Part shown: positions 1 to 9,589 of the stretch, in pieces
How the letters are laid out: each line of letters opens with the position of its first letter
Numbering within the stretch: the first letter of the stretch is position 1
DNA from: Sphaerotilus sp.
GTDB taxonomy: Bacteria; Pseudomonadota; Gammaproteobacteria; Burkholderiales; Burkholderiaceae_C
Direction of reading: 5' to 3'
NCBI RefSeq assembly: GCF_034519685.1
Contig: NZ_JAXHOF010000003.1
Location: forward strand, 528,967 to 592,966
DNA length: 64,000 bases
The notes under the pieces: generated by a model
Database searches by the model: none
What the model saw: the letters and a program-made list of their open reading frames with translations, nothing else
What the model was told of the DNA's origin: nothing
Made by a program: the position numbers and the translations under genes

Positions 1-68
1 TGTGAACATCATTGATTCCTTTCCTTCAAGTCTTCCAGCGCGTGACGGTCAGCCGGCGCACGACTGGT

Positions 69-368
69 CTATTCGTCAACGACGCCGCCGTCGAACATGC
101 TGGCGGTCACGTTGCCGCTCGGCGCAATTTCGTCAAGGCCGTGGTTCCCGGCGGCCAGCGCAAATGCTGCGCTGCCACGCGAGGCCACCCCGCCCTGGGC
201 CAACGTTTGGGCGACCATGCCTTCGTGCGCGAGGAAGCGCAGCCGGTTGATGCGCTTCGTGCCTTTCTTGAAGCGAACCATGTCGTCATAGAGGCTGGGG
301 TCATCGTCCCTCGACAGCTCGAACTGCATGCGCAGCGGCCCCTCACTGGTCGCGGCCTTGTGGTTCAC
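69..368 (-). CDS. small protein coupled to the ParM-like gene (possible ParR-type adaptor; function not recognised)
   Basis: 99-aa ORF. Its GTG start overlaps the upstream stop as GTGA (365-368). Same strand as, and immediately downstream of, the ParM-like gene. Confidence 0.4.
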   Translation of the reverse strand: MNHKAATSEGPLRMQFELSRDDDPSLYDDMVRFKKGTKRINRLRFLAHEGMVAQTLAQGGVASRGSAAFALAAGNHGLDEIAPSGNVTASMFDGGVVDE

Positions 369-1423
369 GATTCACCCTCCCCTGATCTCGCGTCCTCCTT
401 CGCCGCTGGCTGCGTCGCGGCCTGCCGCTGCATGTAGGCCATGCCGGCGATCTGGAACCCGCGCACATTGGAGTGCAGCGGGTCCTTGATCCCCAGGATG
501 CGCAACTGCGGAAACGCCTGCTTGACCGCCTTCTTGAACAGATGCGCGCCACCGCCGACCAGCACCACGTTCTGGAAGCTGTAGGTGCCGTCGAACCAGT
601 TCACCATCGACGCCACGGTGCGCTGAGCCCGGGTCTGCAGCATCGGCATCACGCTCGACATGTCGTAGGCTTTCTGGAACACCATCGGGTTCTTGCCGGT
701 GCGCAGCGCAAGGTCGATGGTGTCGAGGTCCTCGTAGGGCATCCCGATGCTGGCGCTGATGTCCTCGGCGACCGCCCTGACCAGCTTGTACACGCCGCCG
801 TTGAGCGAGTGGCTCTTGTTGAGCACCAGGCGCATGCCCCGTGCCACCAGCCAGTCGAAGGTGCGCCAGCCCGGATCGATGATCAGGCTGCGTTCGTTCT
901 CGATGCTGTCGCCCTTCTGATGCTGGGCGACGAAGTCGGCAAGGGCTCCGTGCGGCTGCGCCACGGCCAGCGCCTTCTTGACCACAACGGTCCTGCCGCC
1001 GCCGATGTCGTGAGTACCGCTGACGGCACGCTCGAGCGCAGCCTTGTTGACGGCGAACAGCGACACGGGCAGGCCCACGACCAGCAGATCGATGTGGCGA
1101 AGCTTCATCATCGCCAGGGCACCGCGCACCAACGCCATGTAGTCCGGCGTGTGGATGTACTGGTCGTGCATCTGCGTGGCGCGGAAGCTGTCGGCCGCCA
1201 GGTCGACGTCCGGCCCCACCTCATAGAACATGCCGTCGATGGGAATGACGACGGTCTTGCGCCGCTCGAAAGCCGGATTGAGCGTCGGGTCACGCACTGT
1301 GGGGTAGGTGACTGACGGGAAGCTGGCGCAGCGGATCTCGTTGCCGACGACGCTGCTGACGTATTTGGTGTTGCCGTAGCCGACATCCACCGCTCTGACG
1401 ACATAGTCCATGAAGGGCTCCAA
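365..1423 (-). CDS. ParM/StbA-like actin-fold segregation ATPase
   Basis: 352 aa. Actin-fold motifs in order: DVGYGNTKY (phosphate 1), IIDPGWRTFD (phosphate 2), VVLVGGGAHLF (adenosine). Confidence 0.75.
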   Translation of the reverse strand: MEPFMDYVVRAVDVGYGNTKYVSSVVGNEIRCASFPSVTYPTVRDPTLNPAFERRKTVVIPIDGMFYEVGPDVDLAADSFRATQMHDQYIHTPDYMALVRGALAMMKLRHIDLLVVGLPVSLFAVNKAALERAVSGTHDIGGGRTVVVKKALAVAQPHGALADFVAQHQKGDSIENERSLIIDPGWRTFDWLVARGMRLVLNKSHSLNGGVYKLVRAVAEDISASIGMPYEDLDTIDLALRTGKNPMVFQKAYDMSSVMPMLQTRAQRTVASMVNWFDGTYSFQNVVLVGGGAHLFKKAVKQAFPQLRILGIKDPLHSNVRGFQIAGMAYMQRQAATQPAAKEDARSGEGES

Positions 1424-2559
1424 ACTCAGGTTGGCAAGTGGTCAGCATCGATTGCCCGCGCCGACCGTTCCACGCAAAAGTCCCCGGCAAAGAGCACCAT
1501 TTCGACGGCGGCTCGATGCCGGTTCGCTTTGCAACCGGATCCGCGCGGGCTCGATTTCGAGCCGTGCTCGCAGACCGACGCGTAACCCTTACGTGTCGGA
1601 GCAGACTTGCACTCGAACCGGCTGCGTCAAGGGTGCCTTCCGCATCGGCACCGTCGAACCGCGGCCGCGCCAGTCGGGTTCGGAGCCAGAGGTAGAAGGA
1701 AGCCTTGTCAACCCCAGGTCGAATCCAGGCATTCGCCTCTCACGGCGCGCTAATCGGCACTTTTTGCGCTTGCAAGGGCAAGGTTTCGGGTAGACACTGG
1801 CGCTGCTTCGGCACGGTTCAGTTGGCGTACCCGCGTGCATCGCGCACCCAAACGCAAGCCCTTCAAGTGGTGGTCTTCACCTTGGCACCTTCGGTGCCTG
1901 TTCCCCCGGGACGCGTCGCGTTCTCCGGTGTTTTCTTCTCAGCGGCGTGGCCCATGGCTTGACGATGGAGCCCGTCCCGACCTTCGCGCTCGACGCAGGG
2001 TCCGGATGCAACGCCTTGGACATCAACCGCCCCGAGCGGTGATGTCGTTGCCGGTGGCTCGACCACCGGTGCCTTGAGCATCTTGCCGAGGTCAACCCCT
2101 TGGCCTCTCCTCTCGCGCCCGATCAAGGCGCGAATCGCGTCAGCTCTGCGGAGCCGGCGTTCGAGTTCCCCTCCCTCGCACTCACGCACCGACCACTTGG
2201 TCGGCCGTGCATGCCCGCACTTCGGTGCGGCGGCACGGCTCGCGTGAACGGCATTGCGCGCCCGTCGCGGAACGGGCGCAGCCAGTCAGGCCGGTGCAGG
2301 GAGTGAATTCGCGGTGCCGTTCGGGCACTGCACCGGGGGTCATGCCTCCGGGATTGCCTCGGGTTCCTCGAGAACCTGGTTCGCTGCGGCGAACGCCACA
2401 TTGCGCAAGACGCGTGCTGGCTGGCGGTCACTTTTACGCACCTCCGCGCGGCCGTCGTCCAGGCGACGGTCGCAAGCCTCTGGCCTGGCGTCGGCGCCCG
2501 AATCCCGCCGATGCACGAACGACAGGGTTCCGCTCAAGCAGTCAACGGCACGCCACGAC

Positions 2560-3744
2560 ATGGAAACGCACATCAACAACCGACCACCTGACAAGCCCAA
2601 GCCTTCGGCATCGCGCGCCCCGCGTGATGGGCCACATCGCACCTATGAACACCCGGCGCTCGACACCGTTCCCCTGAATCCGCGCCGGTGCAGCCATGTG
2701 CTGCAGTTGATCCTGAAGGAGCACAACTGGCGCCACAGCAGCAAGCCCAAAGGCGTGAGCCACAAGACCGTCGCCGAACGGGCGCGCTTCTGCTACTGGT
2801 TGTTCGACTTCCTGCGCGACCACCCCAAGCACTTCAAGCTCGACCCGCGGTCGTTCAGCGGTCGGCACGTCGAAGCCGTCACTCGATACTGGCAGGACGA
2901 AGCGAAAGCCGATCGCATGAGCCCGGCGACGATCCAGACCTACTTCAGCTTCATGAAGACCTTCGCCGGCTGGATCGGCAAGGCGAAGCTGCTGAAGCCG
3001 ATCGGATGCTACTTCGACGATCCCGCGCTCTACCAGCGCGGTCTGTTCAGCGGCGTCGACAAGTCATGGAAGGCCCAGGGTGTGAATGCGGCCGCAGTGA
3101 TCGCCGAAGTTGAGGTGTACGACGTGCATGCTGCGGCCTCGCTGAAACTGATGCAGGCGTTCCAGTTGCGCTTCAAGGAGAGCGTGATGTTCCGGCCGCA
3201 CAGCGACGTGATCACGGCGGCGCAGGCGGGCAAGCCAAATGACGGTGTCGAGTCCTTTCTTGACACGCATCGGGGCACCAAGGGTGGACGGGAACGGCTG
3301 TTCCCCATCGACAACGCGACTCGCCAGGGCGCCATCGCCTACGCGCGGCGGGTCGCTGTGGGCGTCAATGACAGCGTCAGCGACCCACGCCTGACGCTGC
3401 TGCAAGCGATGCGCCGGCTTCGCTACGTGATGGAGCGGTTCGGCATCACGCGCGCGGGCCTGGGTGTGGTGCCACATGGCTTGAGGCATCAGGGCGCGGC
3501 CGAGGACTTCGAGCAGATGACGGGCTCGCCGCCGCCAATTGCCGGAGGCCCTTGCGTCGATCTTGAGCTTGATCGCAGAGCCAGGTTCGAAATCTCTCAA
3601 CGCCTCGGGCACGGTCGCCTGCAGATCGTGGGGACCTACGTCGGCCGCCCCCTCACGCGGCCGCCGGGCGCGACGGCAAGCCCTCCGGTGACGGAGTTGC
3701 TGTCAGAGCAATCTGGCGACAGTGTGGCTGCGGTCAGCAACTGA
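2560..3744 (+). CDS. tyrosine recombinase / integrase-domain protein
   Basis: 394 aa from ATG 2560 inside ORF 2254-3744. C-terminal HGLRHQGAAE (H-x-x-R) and GHGRLQIVGTYVG (catalytic Tyr region). The 2254-2559 extension is Arg/Ala-rich and judged non-coding. Confidence 0.7.
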   Translation: METHINNRPPDKPKPSASRAPRDGPHRTYEHPALDTVPLNPRRCSHVLQLILKEHNWRHSSKPKGVSHKTVAERARFCYWLFDFLRDHPKHFKLDPRSFSGRHVEAVTRYWQDEAKADRMSPATIQTYFSFMKTFAGWIGKAKLLKPIGCYFDDPALYQRGLFSGVDKSWKAQGVNAAAVIAEVEVYDVHAAASLKLMQAFQLRFKESVMFRPHSDVITAAQAGKPNDGVESFLDTHRGTKGGRERLFPIDNATRQGAIAYARRVAVGVNDSVSDPRLTLLQAMRRLRYVMERFGITRAGLGVVPHGLRHQGAAEDFEQMTGSPPPIAGGPCVDLELDRRARFEISQRLGHGRLQIVGTYVGRPLTRPPGATASPPVTELLSEQSGDSVAAVSN

Positions 3745-4175
3745 TCGATCAGGACCACCAGCGACCGCTCGATGGCGGGCAGCGCAACTACAAATGGCGC
3801 GAACGTCGAGCAGATGGACCGGCCGTCTCATCACAGCGGATCAGCAGTCACCCTGGTGGACTTTGGCATGCAGCGCTGTCAGGCGCTGGCGGACATCCAG
3901 CGTGCGTGCTTTCGACATCGTTCCCCCTTCAAGCGGGTCGCGCACGGAATGTGCGGATGGCAGGATTGCAGGAGCATCAGTTGCCGGGTCTGGCGCGACG
4001 ATGGGCTGCCTCGTAGACGCTCGGCCCGGCCATTCGCTGTGCCGGCAGTATTGGCAACAACGCAACATCCCATGGGGAGTCGCTCGCCATGGCGTCATGC
4101 CACGCTTGCGGCACTGCGGGCAAGGGCCGCGCCGCGGCTTCGGCGACCCGTAGCTCTGGCCGGCGGATGCCCATG

Positions 4176-6210
4176 TCACGCCACCGTGGCAGCGTCAGTG
4201 TCGGCCGCAGCCAGGTCGCCCGCGTCATTCCCCGAGCCCGCGTTGTGCACGCTTGCCGGCTTCGGCACCTGCGTCCGCAGGCAGGCCGGCAACCATCCTG
4301 ATTCCGCCATCGCCTGCACGGCGCCGGCCACGACGGCGTCCTTCTTCAGCCCGACCAGGGGGCTGGCGGCATTGGCGTCGACCGCCTCGGTCACGACTTC
4401 GATGACCCGCGCCCTGGACACGTGATCGAGGTACGAGGGGCCGGTGGCCGACCACCAGCGGGTCATGTCCAGCCCAAGGGCTTGGGCGATGGCCCCGTTG
4501 CAGGGTTGGTCGGTTTCGGAGCCAGAGATACCTTTGACGGTAACTGCGACGACGAACGTCAGCAGTTGCAGCGCGGTGGCCTGGTCCTGCGCCAGCACCC
4601 AGCCGAAGATCGCCTCAGGCTGCTTCGGCAGCCGCTCGATCCAGGCCGCGCGTTCGGCCTGCAGTTGGGCCCACGCCGGGCTGGTCTCCATGTCCTCGGC
4701 GGCGGCGCGCAGGTCCGTCGCGCCGTCGGTGGCGGAGATGGACAACACGTCGCTTGCACGGTAGTCGAAGCGCAGCTCGTGCTGGAAGATGTTGCCCGCG
4801 AGGTGAGCGGTGACGGCGGCGAGCGCCACGTCCGGCCGCGCCAGCAACTCGGCTTGCACGGCGGCGACGCGGTGGGCCGTGAGCCGGCGCATCAGCTTCT
4901 CGGAGTGCACGGGCCGGGTTTTCGCGGACGGCAGCGACACCAGCGATCCGTGGTCACCATCCTCGCTGGCCTGTCGTGCAGCCTGTGCGATGTCAGCGCG
5001 ATCCTCCGGGCGCAGGAGGCCGCGCTTCACGGCGGCCGTGCCGTCGTTGTCGACGTAGACCACGCAACCGGCTTGCGCCATCAGTTCGGGTGGCCAGACG
5101 CTCAGCGAGTCCTCGATGGCGCGGATCTGCTGACCCAGCGCGTCCGCCTCTGATTCCAGCCGGCAGTACGCCTCGTCCCGCGCCGGATCATCGTCCTCTT
5201 GGTCGCACAAGGCTTCCCATCTGATCGTTCAGGCCGGTCTGCTGCGCCTGAAGCTTAGCGAGCTGGGTCGCCTCGTCGCCGGTGGGCGCGCGGCGCGTCT
5301 TCCGCAGCTCGCCGAACTTGACGAACTCGTCGTAGACGTATCGCGTGCGCACGGCAACCCACTTCCAGCCCTCGACGGCAATCTGCCTGGCCTTCTTCTG
5401 CAGCTTGTCGGTGGCCAGCCGCTCCAGCAGCGGAATGTCCAGCAGGTAGGCCTTCCGATCGTTGTCGCAGAACAGGTCGCGCCGCAGTACGCCGCCAGCT
5501 TTCTCGTAGGCCTTCAGCGTCACGTAGCGGGCCACCGGATCGCGGTCGGACTCGGCCTCGCCCTGGGTCAGCAGTTGGCGCAGGTGGTCGGCGCGGCGGT
5601 TCCACTGCGGCAGCCCGGCCCAGGCCTGTTCCTGCTTGTCGTGATCGTCGACCGAGGCCAGCACCATCAGGCAGTCCAGGCCGATGCCGCCTTCGCGGTA
5701 CTGCGCCATCAGTTTGGGGCTGACCGCGGCGAGCTTCATACGGCGCTTGACCGTGACCGGGTAGACACCAAATGCAGCGGCCACGTCCTCGACCGCCTTG
5801 CCCTGTTCGATCAGTTTGGCGAAGGCGACGAACTCGTCGGCCGGATGCATGGGGACGTGGAAGCAGTTCTCCGACAGGCTGGCGATCAATCCTTTGTCCG
5901 CCGGCACGATCAGCACCGGCACCGGATAGTTCTCGGGGATGTCGCCGTTGGCGACCAGCAGCGTCAGCGCTCCGAGGCGACGCCCGCCAGCGCAGACTTC
6001 ATAGCGACCGCGAGCGCCCTGTACCACGATCAGGTTCTGCAGAACGCCGCTGTCCTTGATCGAGGCCGCGAGTTCGGCAACGCTCATCTTCGGCGTGTTG
6101 CCGCCGCCGCGGGCCTGGTGGTCCTCGGACAGGACCAGCTTGTTGAAGGGGACGAAGGTGCGGGGTGACGCTTCGATGATGGCGTCGATCTCTTGTTTGG
6201 TGAACTTCAT
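4176..6210 (-). pseudogene. ParB/Srx-family N-terminal-domain protein interrupted by a 1-nt frameshift
   Basis: ORF 5188-6210 (340 aa, MKFTKQEID..., motif VCAGGRRLGAL) and ORF 4176-5210 (344 aa, TTG-initiated) overlap on the same strand. Removing one base of the CCC run at 5216-5218 joins them as ...NDQMEALCDQEDDD... (~677 codons). Confidence 0.7.
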
Positions 6211-6512
6211 CAGGGGCTCCTGAATGCGGTGGGTGGATCACGCGGGCCGCGTGTCCTTGCATTCAGAATCTCATCGGCCGCTCCGTCTTCAAGGCCGCGA
6301 TCCGCACTCCCATCGGAGTGGAATGCGTCGGACAACCACGCAATGCAACGTGCTTCGCCAGCGATCTGCCTTTCCTCTATGCCAGCAGCGCTCCGGGAAG
6401 AATCCACTCGCCTGCTCTGCGCTCGACGGAGCCGCTTGGTGGAGACCGGCCGGCACGACCTGCCAGCCACTGCGACCAGGGGCCAGCAGCGGCGATGGAA
6501 GGCCTCCGGCGC

Positions 6513-7208
6513 ATGACGTTCCTGGTCGCCATCCACGCGGGCAGTTATGTCCTATTGGCAGCAGACAAGATGGAGAGCGTGCGCGTCTTCGATCAGAGCC
6601 TTCCGCTGCACAGCACGGCCTCCAAGATCGTCGATACCCCGTTGGGCGCCATCACCGGCGCCGGATTGGTGTCTTTGCTGGATGCTGTGAAGGCGCGGAT
6701 TCAGGCTGAACCGGTTTCGCACACGGACCAGGTGCTGTCCATCATCCACGACGAGCGAGACCGCGCCCGCGGGCAAGGCAGCGCGAGCGAACAGGATCTC
6801 GCCTACACGAGTTGGCTCCTGACCTACCGCGCGCCGGTCGGCGGCGACATCGCGGTGCGATGCGTTGGTTTCCTGCCTGTGCTGGAGGGTCGGCGGTTCG
6901 TCGTCGTCGAGCAAGGCATGGTCATGCCGGTCTTTCCTCTCGACACGCCGCCGGAAACCGTCCATCGGGTGACAGGCGACCTGCGCTCCGACGTTCGCGT
7001 TGCGGATGAAGGCACCCGTGCGGACAGCCTTCGGCACCACCTCGGCTCGGTGTGCCGGGCACTGTGCGACGTGGCGGCCAGCAGCTCGCAGGTGTCCACG
7101 ACGTTCGACTTCGCCGTCACCACGCGAGAAGGCACGTGGTGCGCTGCCAAGCGCATTGACGCCTTGCATCCGGCGCTCGATGAGTGGCCTGGGATGGATG
7201 ACCCATGA
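6513..7208 (+). CDS. hypothetical protein, proteasome-beta/HslV-like Ntn-hydrolase candidate
   Basis: 231 aa from ATG 6513. N-terminus MTFLVAIHAGSYVLLAADK..., then SKIVDTPLGAITGAG. With Met removed this gives Thr1, Asp17 and Lys37, close to the Thr1/Asp17/Lys33 pattern. The stop overlaps the next start (ATGA 7205-7208). Confidence 0.55.
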   Translation: MTFLVAIHAGSYVLLAADKMESVRVFDQSLPLHSTASKIVDTPLGAITGAGLVSLLDAVKARIQAEPVSHTDQVLSIIHDERDRARGQGSASEQDLAYTSWLLTYRAPVGGDIAVRCVGFLPVLEGRRFVVVEQGMVMPVFPLDTPPETVHRVTGDLRSDVRVADEGTRADSLRHHLGSVCRALCDVAASSSQVSTTFDFAVTTREGTWCAAKRIDALHPALDEWPGMDDP

Positions 7209-9181
7209 CGCGATGGCAGCTTGATCCGGCCACCCCGGCGGTTCGAGACAGCGATGCCGCTCCCGGTGCCGTACCTTTGAAGTGGGCGCACGACGCCACC
7301 ACCGGCGAGCCCCGGTACATCCACGACCAGGAGGTCGTCAGCAAATGCGGCACTTGCGTTTGCCCGGCCTGCCACCTCGAACTGACGCCGGTGCTGGCCG
7401 GCCAGCCGATGCGCGTGCGACCGACGGCCCACTTCAGGCACCCGGCCGGAGCGCAGCGGGACGACTGCGTCCTGGTCGCGGCACGTGTGGCGGCGGCGCG
7501 CCACCTCGCGGAGCGCGGGTTCATCGACCTGCCTCGCCGGAGAGTCTCCGCCAACGCGCGCGGTTTCAGTGGCGAGGACTACGAGGTCTGGGTCGAAGAA
7601 CCGGCCGAGCGTGTGCGCGTCTCGTTGGCCCGCATGCGCGACCACGCCACGGCCGTGCTCACCCTGGACGACGGGCGCGAACTGATCGTCGACCTCACGG
7701 GCACACGCGCACCAACGGACGATGGCCCTGGCGTGGCCATCGTGACCATGGCCTTGTCGGACCTGGCACTGGCCATGCTGGACGCCCCGGCGATCCGGGC
7801 GCGGCTGCGCGTGCTCCCCGATCTGCGCTGGTGTTCACACTGGAAGGACGACGAACTCCAGGCGCAAGGCCGGTCGAGGGCGGAAAAGGCGGCCAGCGAC
7901 GCGATGGATGGTTGGACCGCTGAAGACGAGGCCGAGTTTGTAGGCACGCTGCCGACCGGCACAGCACCCGCGCTGGCTCAGACCTACCGCCGGGAGACCC
8001 TGCTGCATCGCGAGGCCAAGGCCGCGATCGAGCAAGCCGGGGCCATCGACACGCCTGGCCTGGAACTGATCGTCACGCGCCATCCGCCGGATGAACTGGC
8101 CGGGGATTGGGACGACCAGACGATACGCAAGGTCTAGATGACCGGCCGGCGACGCCTCGAACTGGACGAGGTTTGCCTGGAGCGGCGGCTTGGTCGCATC
8201 GTCCCGGACGTGATCGCCACGCTGGGCGGCCGGCAAAGCTACGTGCACGGCGGCACGCGGACCACGGTGGGTGAGGTGTTCGATGAGGACGCCGAGGACG
8301 GCCATTCGCCGGCCTGGCCGGCCACACTGCTGGTTGAAGTGACCGTCACCCACGGCATCGACCACGAGAAGCTTCAACGCATCCGGAAGTTGAACCTTCC
8401 CACCCTGGAAGTCGACCTGAGCGCCATGGGCGGCCGCCTCACACGTGAGCAGTTTAGGGATCTGGTGGTCGACCAGATTGTCGGCAAGCGCTGGGTTCAC
8501 CACCCCGCCCTCGCCGGCAAGTACCGGGTGCTCGAGGCCGAGATCGACGCGCATTCGGTGCGCGCCGATTGGGCCGCACGGATGCGAGAGCTCCACCGCC
8601 CACGCTGGCTTGCGAAGCCGGTCGAACACTGGGCGGCCGAGTACGTCGAGGCTGCGACCGCCCATCACGACGGCAACGTGCGGGTCAGGCGTGCGCTGCG
8701 ATCAACGGAGGCTGCCGAAACGCTGCAGTCCGAACCCCGCGTGGCCGACACCACGTGGCAGCGCCTGGCTGAGGCCGCAGAAGCGCTGCGTGCGCACGGC
8801 CTGCCGGGTGGGCTGGACCCGGACATGATCAGCGATACGGGGCTCGTCCCCCGCATCCTGTCGATCCGGCACAACCGGGGCATCGGCTACGCGGTCGACA
8901 GCGGCTTCCAGGTGCTCAATGCCATCATGCAAAGCGGTGAAGACAACCGGCGCTGGCACACGCTGTACACCATGGCCGTGAAGACCTACGACCTCCCGCA
9001 ACACTTCACGCAGAAGCAGGCCGCGCTCTACGCAAGCTGGCGAATGAGCATTGTTGACGGGGTGCAGGCCAAGGACGAGTCCTACCTCCGCCCCAGCACT
9101 TACGATGACCTCCTCTGCGCGCTGTTTCCGGACATGGCGGCACGCATCGCAAGCGGCTACGGCGTGCGTGCGGTGCGATAG
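7205..9181 (+). pseudogene. CoiA-like zinc-finger / PD-(D/E)xK nuclease-like protein with one in-frame TAG
   Basis: ORFs 7205-8137 and 8138-9181 share one frame and are separated only by TAG 8135-8137. CoiA-like N-terminus (KWAHD...CGTCVCPACH...HFRH). Nuclease-like motifs LLHREAKAAI / IVPDV / LLVEVTVTH..K lie on either side of the stop. Confidence 0.6.
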
Positions 9182-9359
9182 CGAGCGTCACCTTGCTCGA
9201 CGACAACCCGCCATACGGCCGGCCTGGCACGCAAACCACCGTCGATTCCAGTGCACTGAGCGCAGGCGCGTGTTCGACGCGCTCAGGTGCCCTGGCGGCC
9301 TGATCAACCTGGCGCCCAGGGGCTTCACCGTCCAGCGACACGAGATCCGCTACTCGGTC

Positions 9360-9436
9360 GCTGCGACCGCTGCGACCGCTGCGAACCACCGCATCGCCGC
9401 ATCGCCGCATCGCCGCATCGCCGGGCTGCGATGCGG
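9360..9436. repeat. intergenic tandem repeats: GCTGCGACC x3, CCGCATCG x4, plus one inverted octamer copy
   Basis: Nonamers at 9360, 9369 and 9378 (the last with one extra A). Octamers at 9389, 9397, 9405 and 9413. Inverted copy CGATGCGG at 9429-9436. Confidence 0.85.
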
Positions 9437-9589
9437 CCGGACGCTGACCCGAGTTGCACTGGATGACGTTTCGCCCGGCGGCTTCGAAGCCGAGCCGATG
9501 TCGAAACCCCATCCACAAACGCTCCATTCCGGCTCGACGCCGCCGCCCACGGGCCGTCGAATCAGGCTCCGTCGAACTCGGAGCCCTCC

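Noticed and set aside
1690-1735. tRNA-like T-arm string (CCAGGTCGAATCCAGG) that could have marked an integration site.
   Set aside because: The flanking bases do not form a T-stem. I could not fold acceptor or anticodon arms on either strand.
2254-2559. N-terminal 102-codon extension of the recombinase ORF, and other ORFs within 1410-2680.
   Set aside because: The sequence is Arg/Ser/Ala/Pro-rich and low in complexity, with no SD. The recognisable recombinase sequence starts only after ATG 2560.
3841-3918. 25-codon minus-strand ORF (MSKARTLDVRQRLTALHAKVHQGDC) with a good SD (AAGGGGG), in the gap between the recombinase and ParB-like genes.
   Set aside because: It is too short to support from sequence alone. 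It may be the stump of a longer gene. It is not reported as a feature.
8135-8137. TAG considered as a pyrrolysine or other recoded codon.
   Set aside because: No pyl genes or recoding signals are visible in the window, and this would be unexpected for this kind of bacterium. Nonsense mutation, sequencing error or reinitiation are simpler explanations.
9389-9420. Direct repeats considered as a CRISPR-like array.
   Set aside because: The units are 8 nt and contiguous without spacers, so this is a microsatellite/iteron block and not a CRISPR array.
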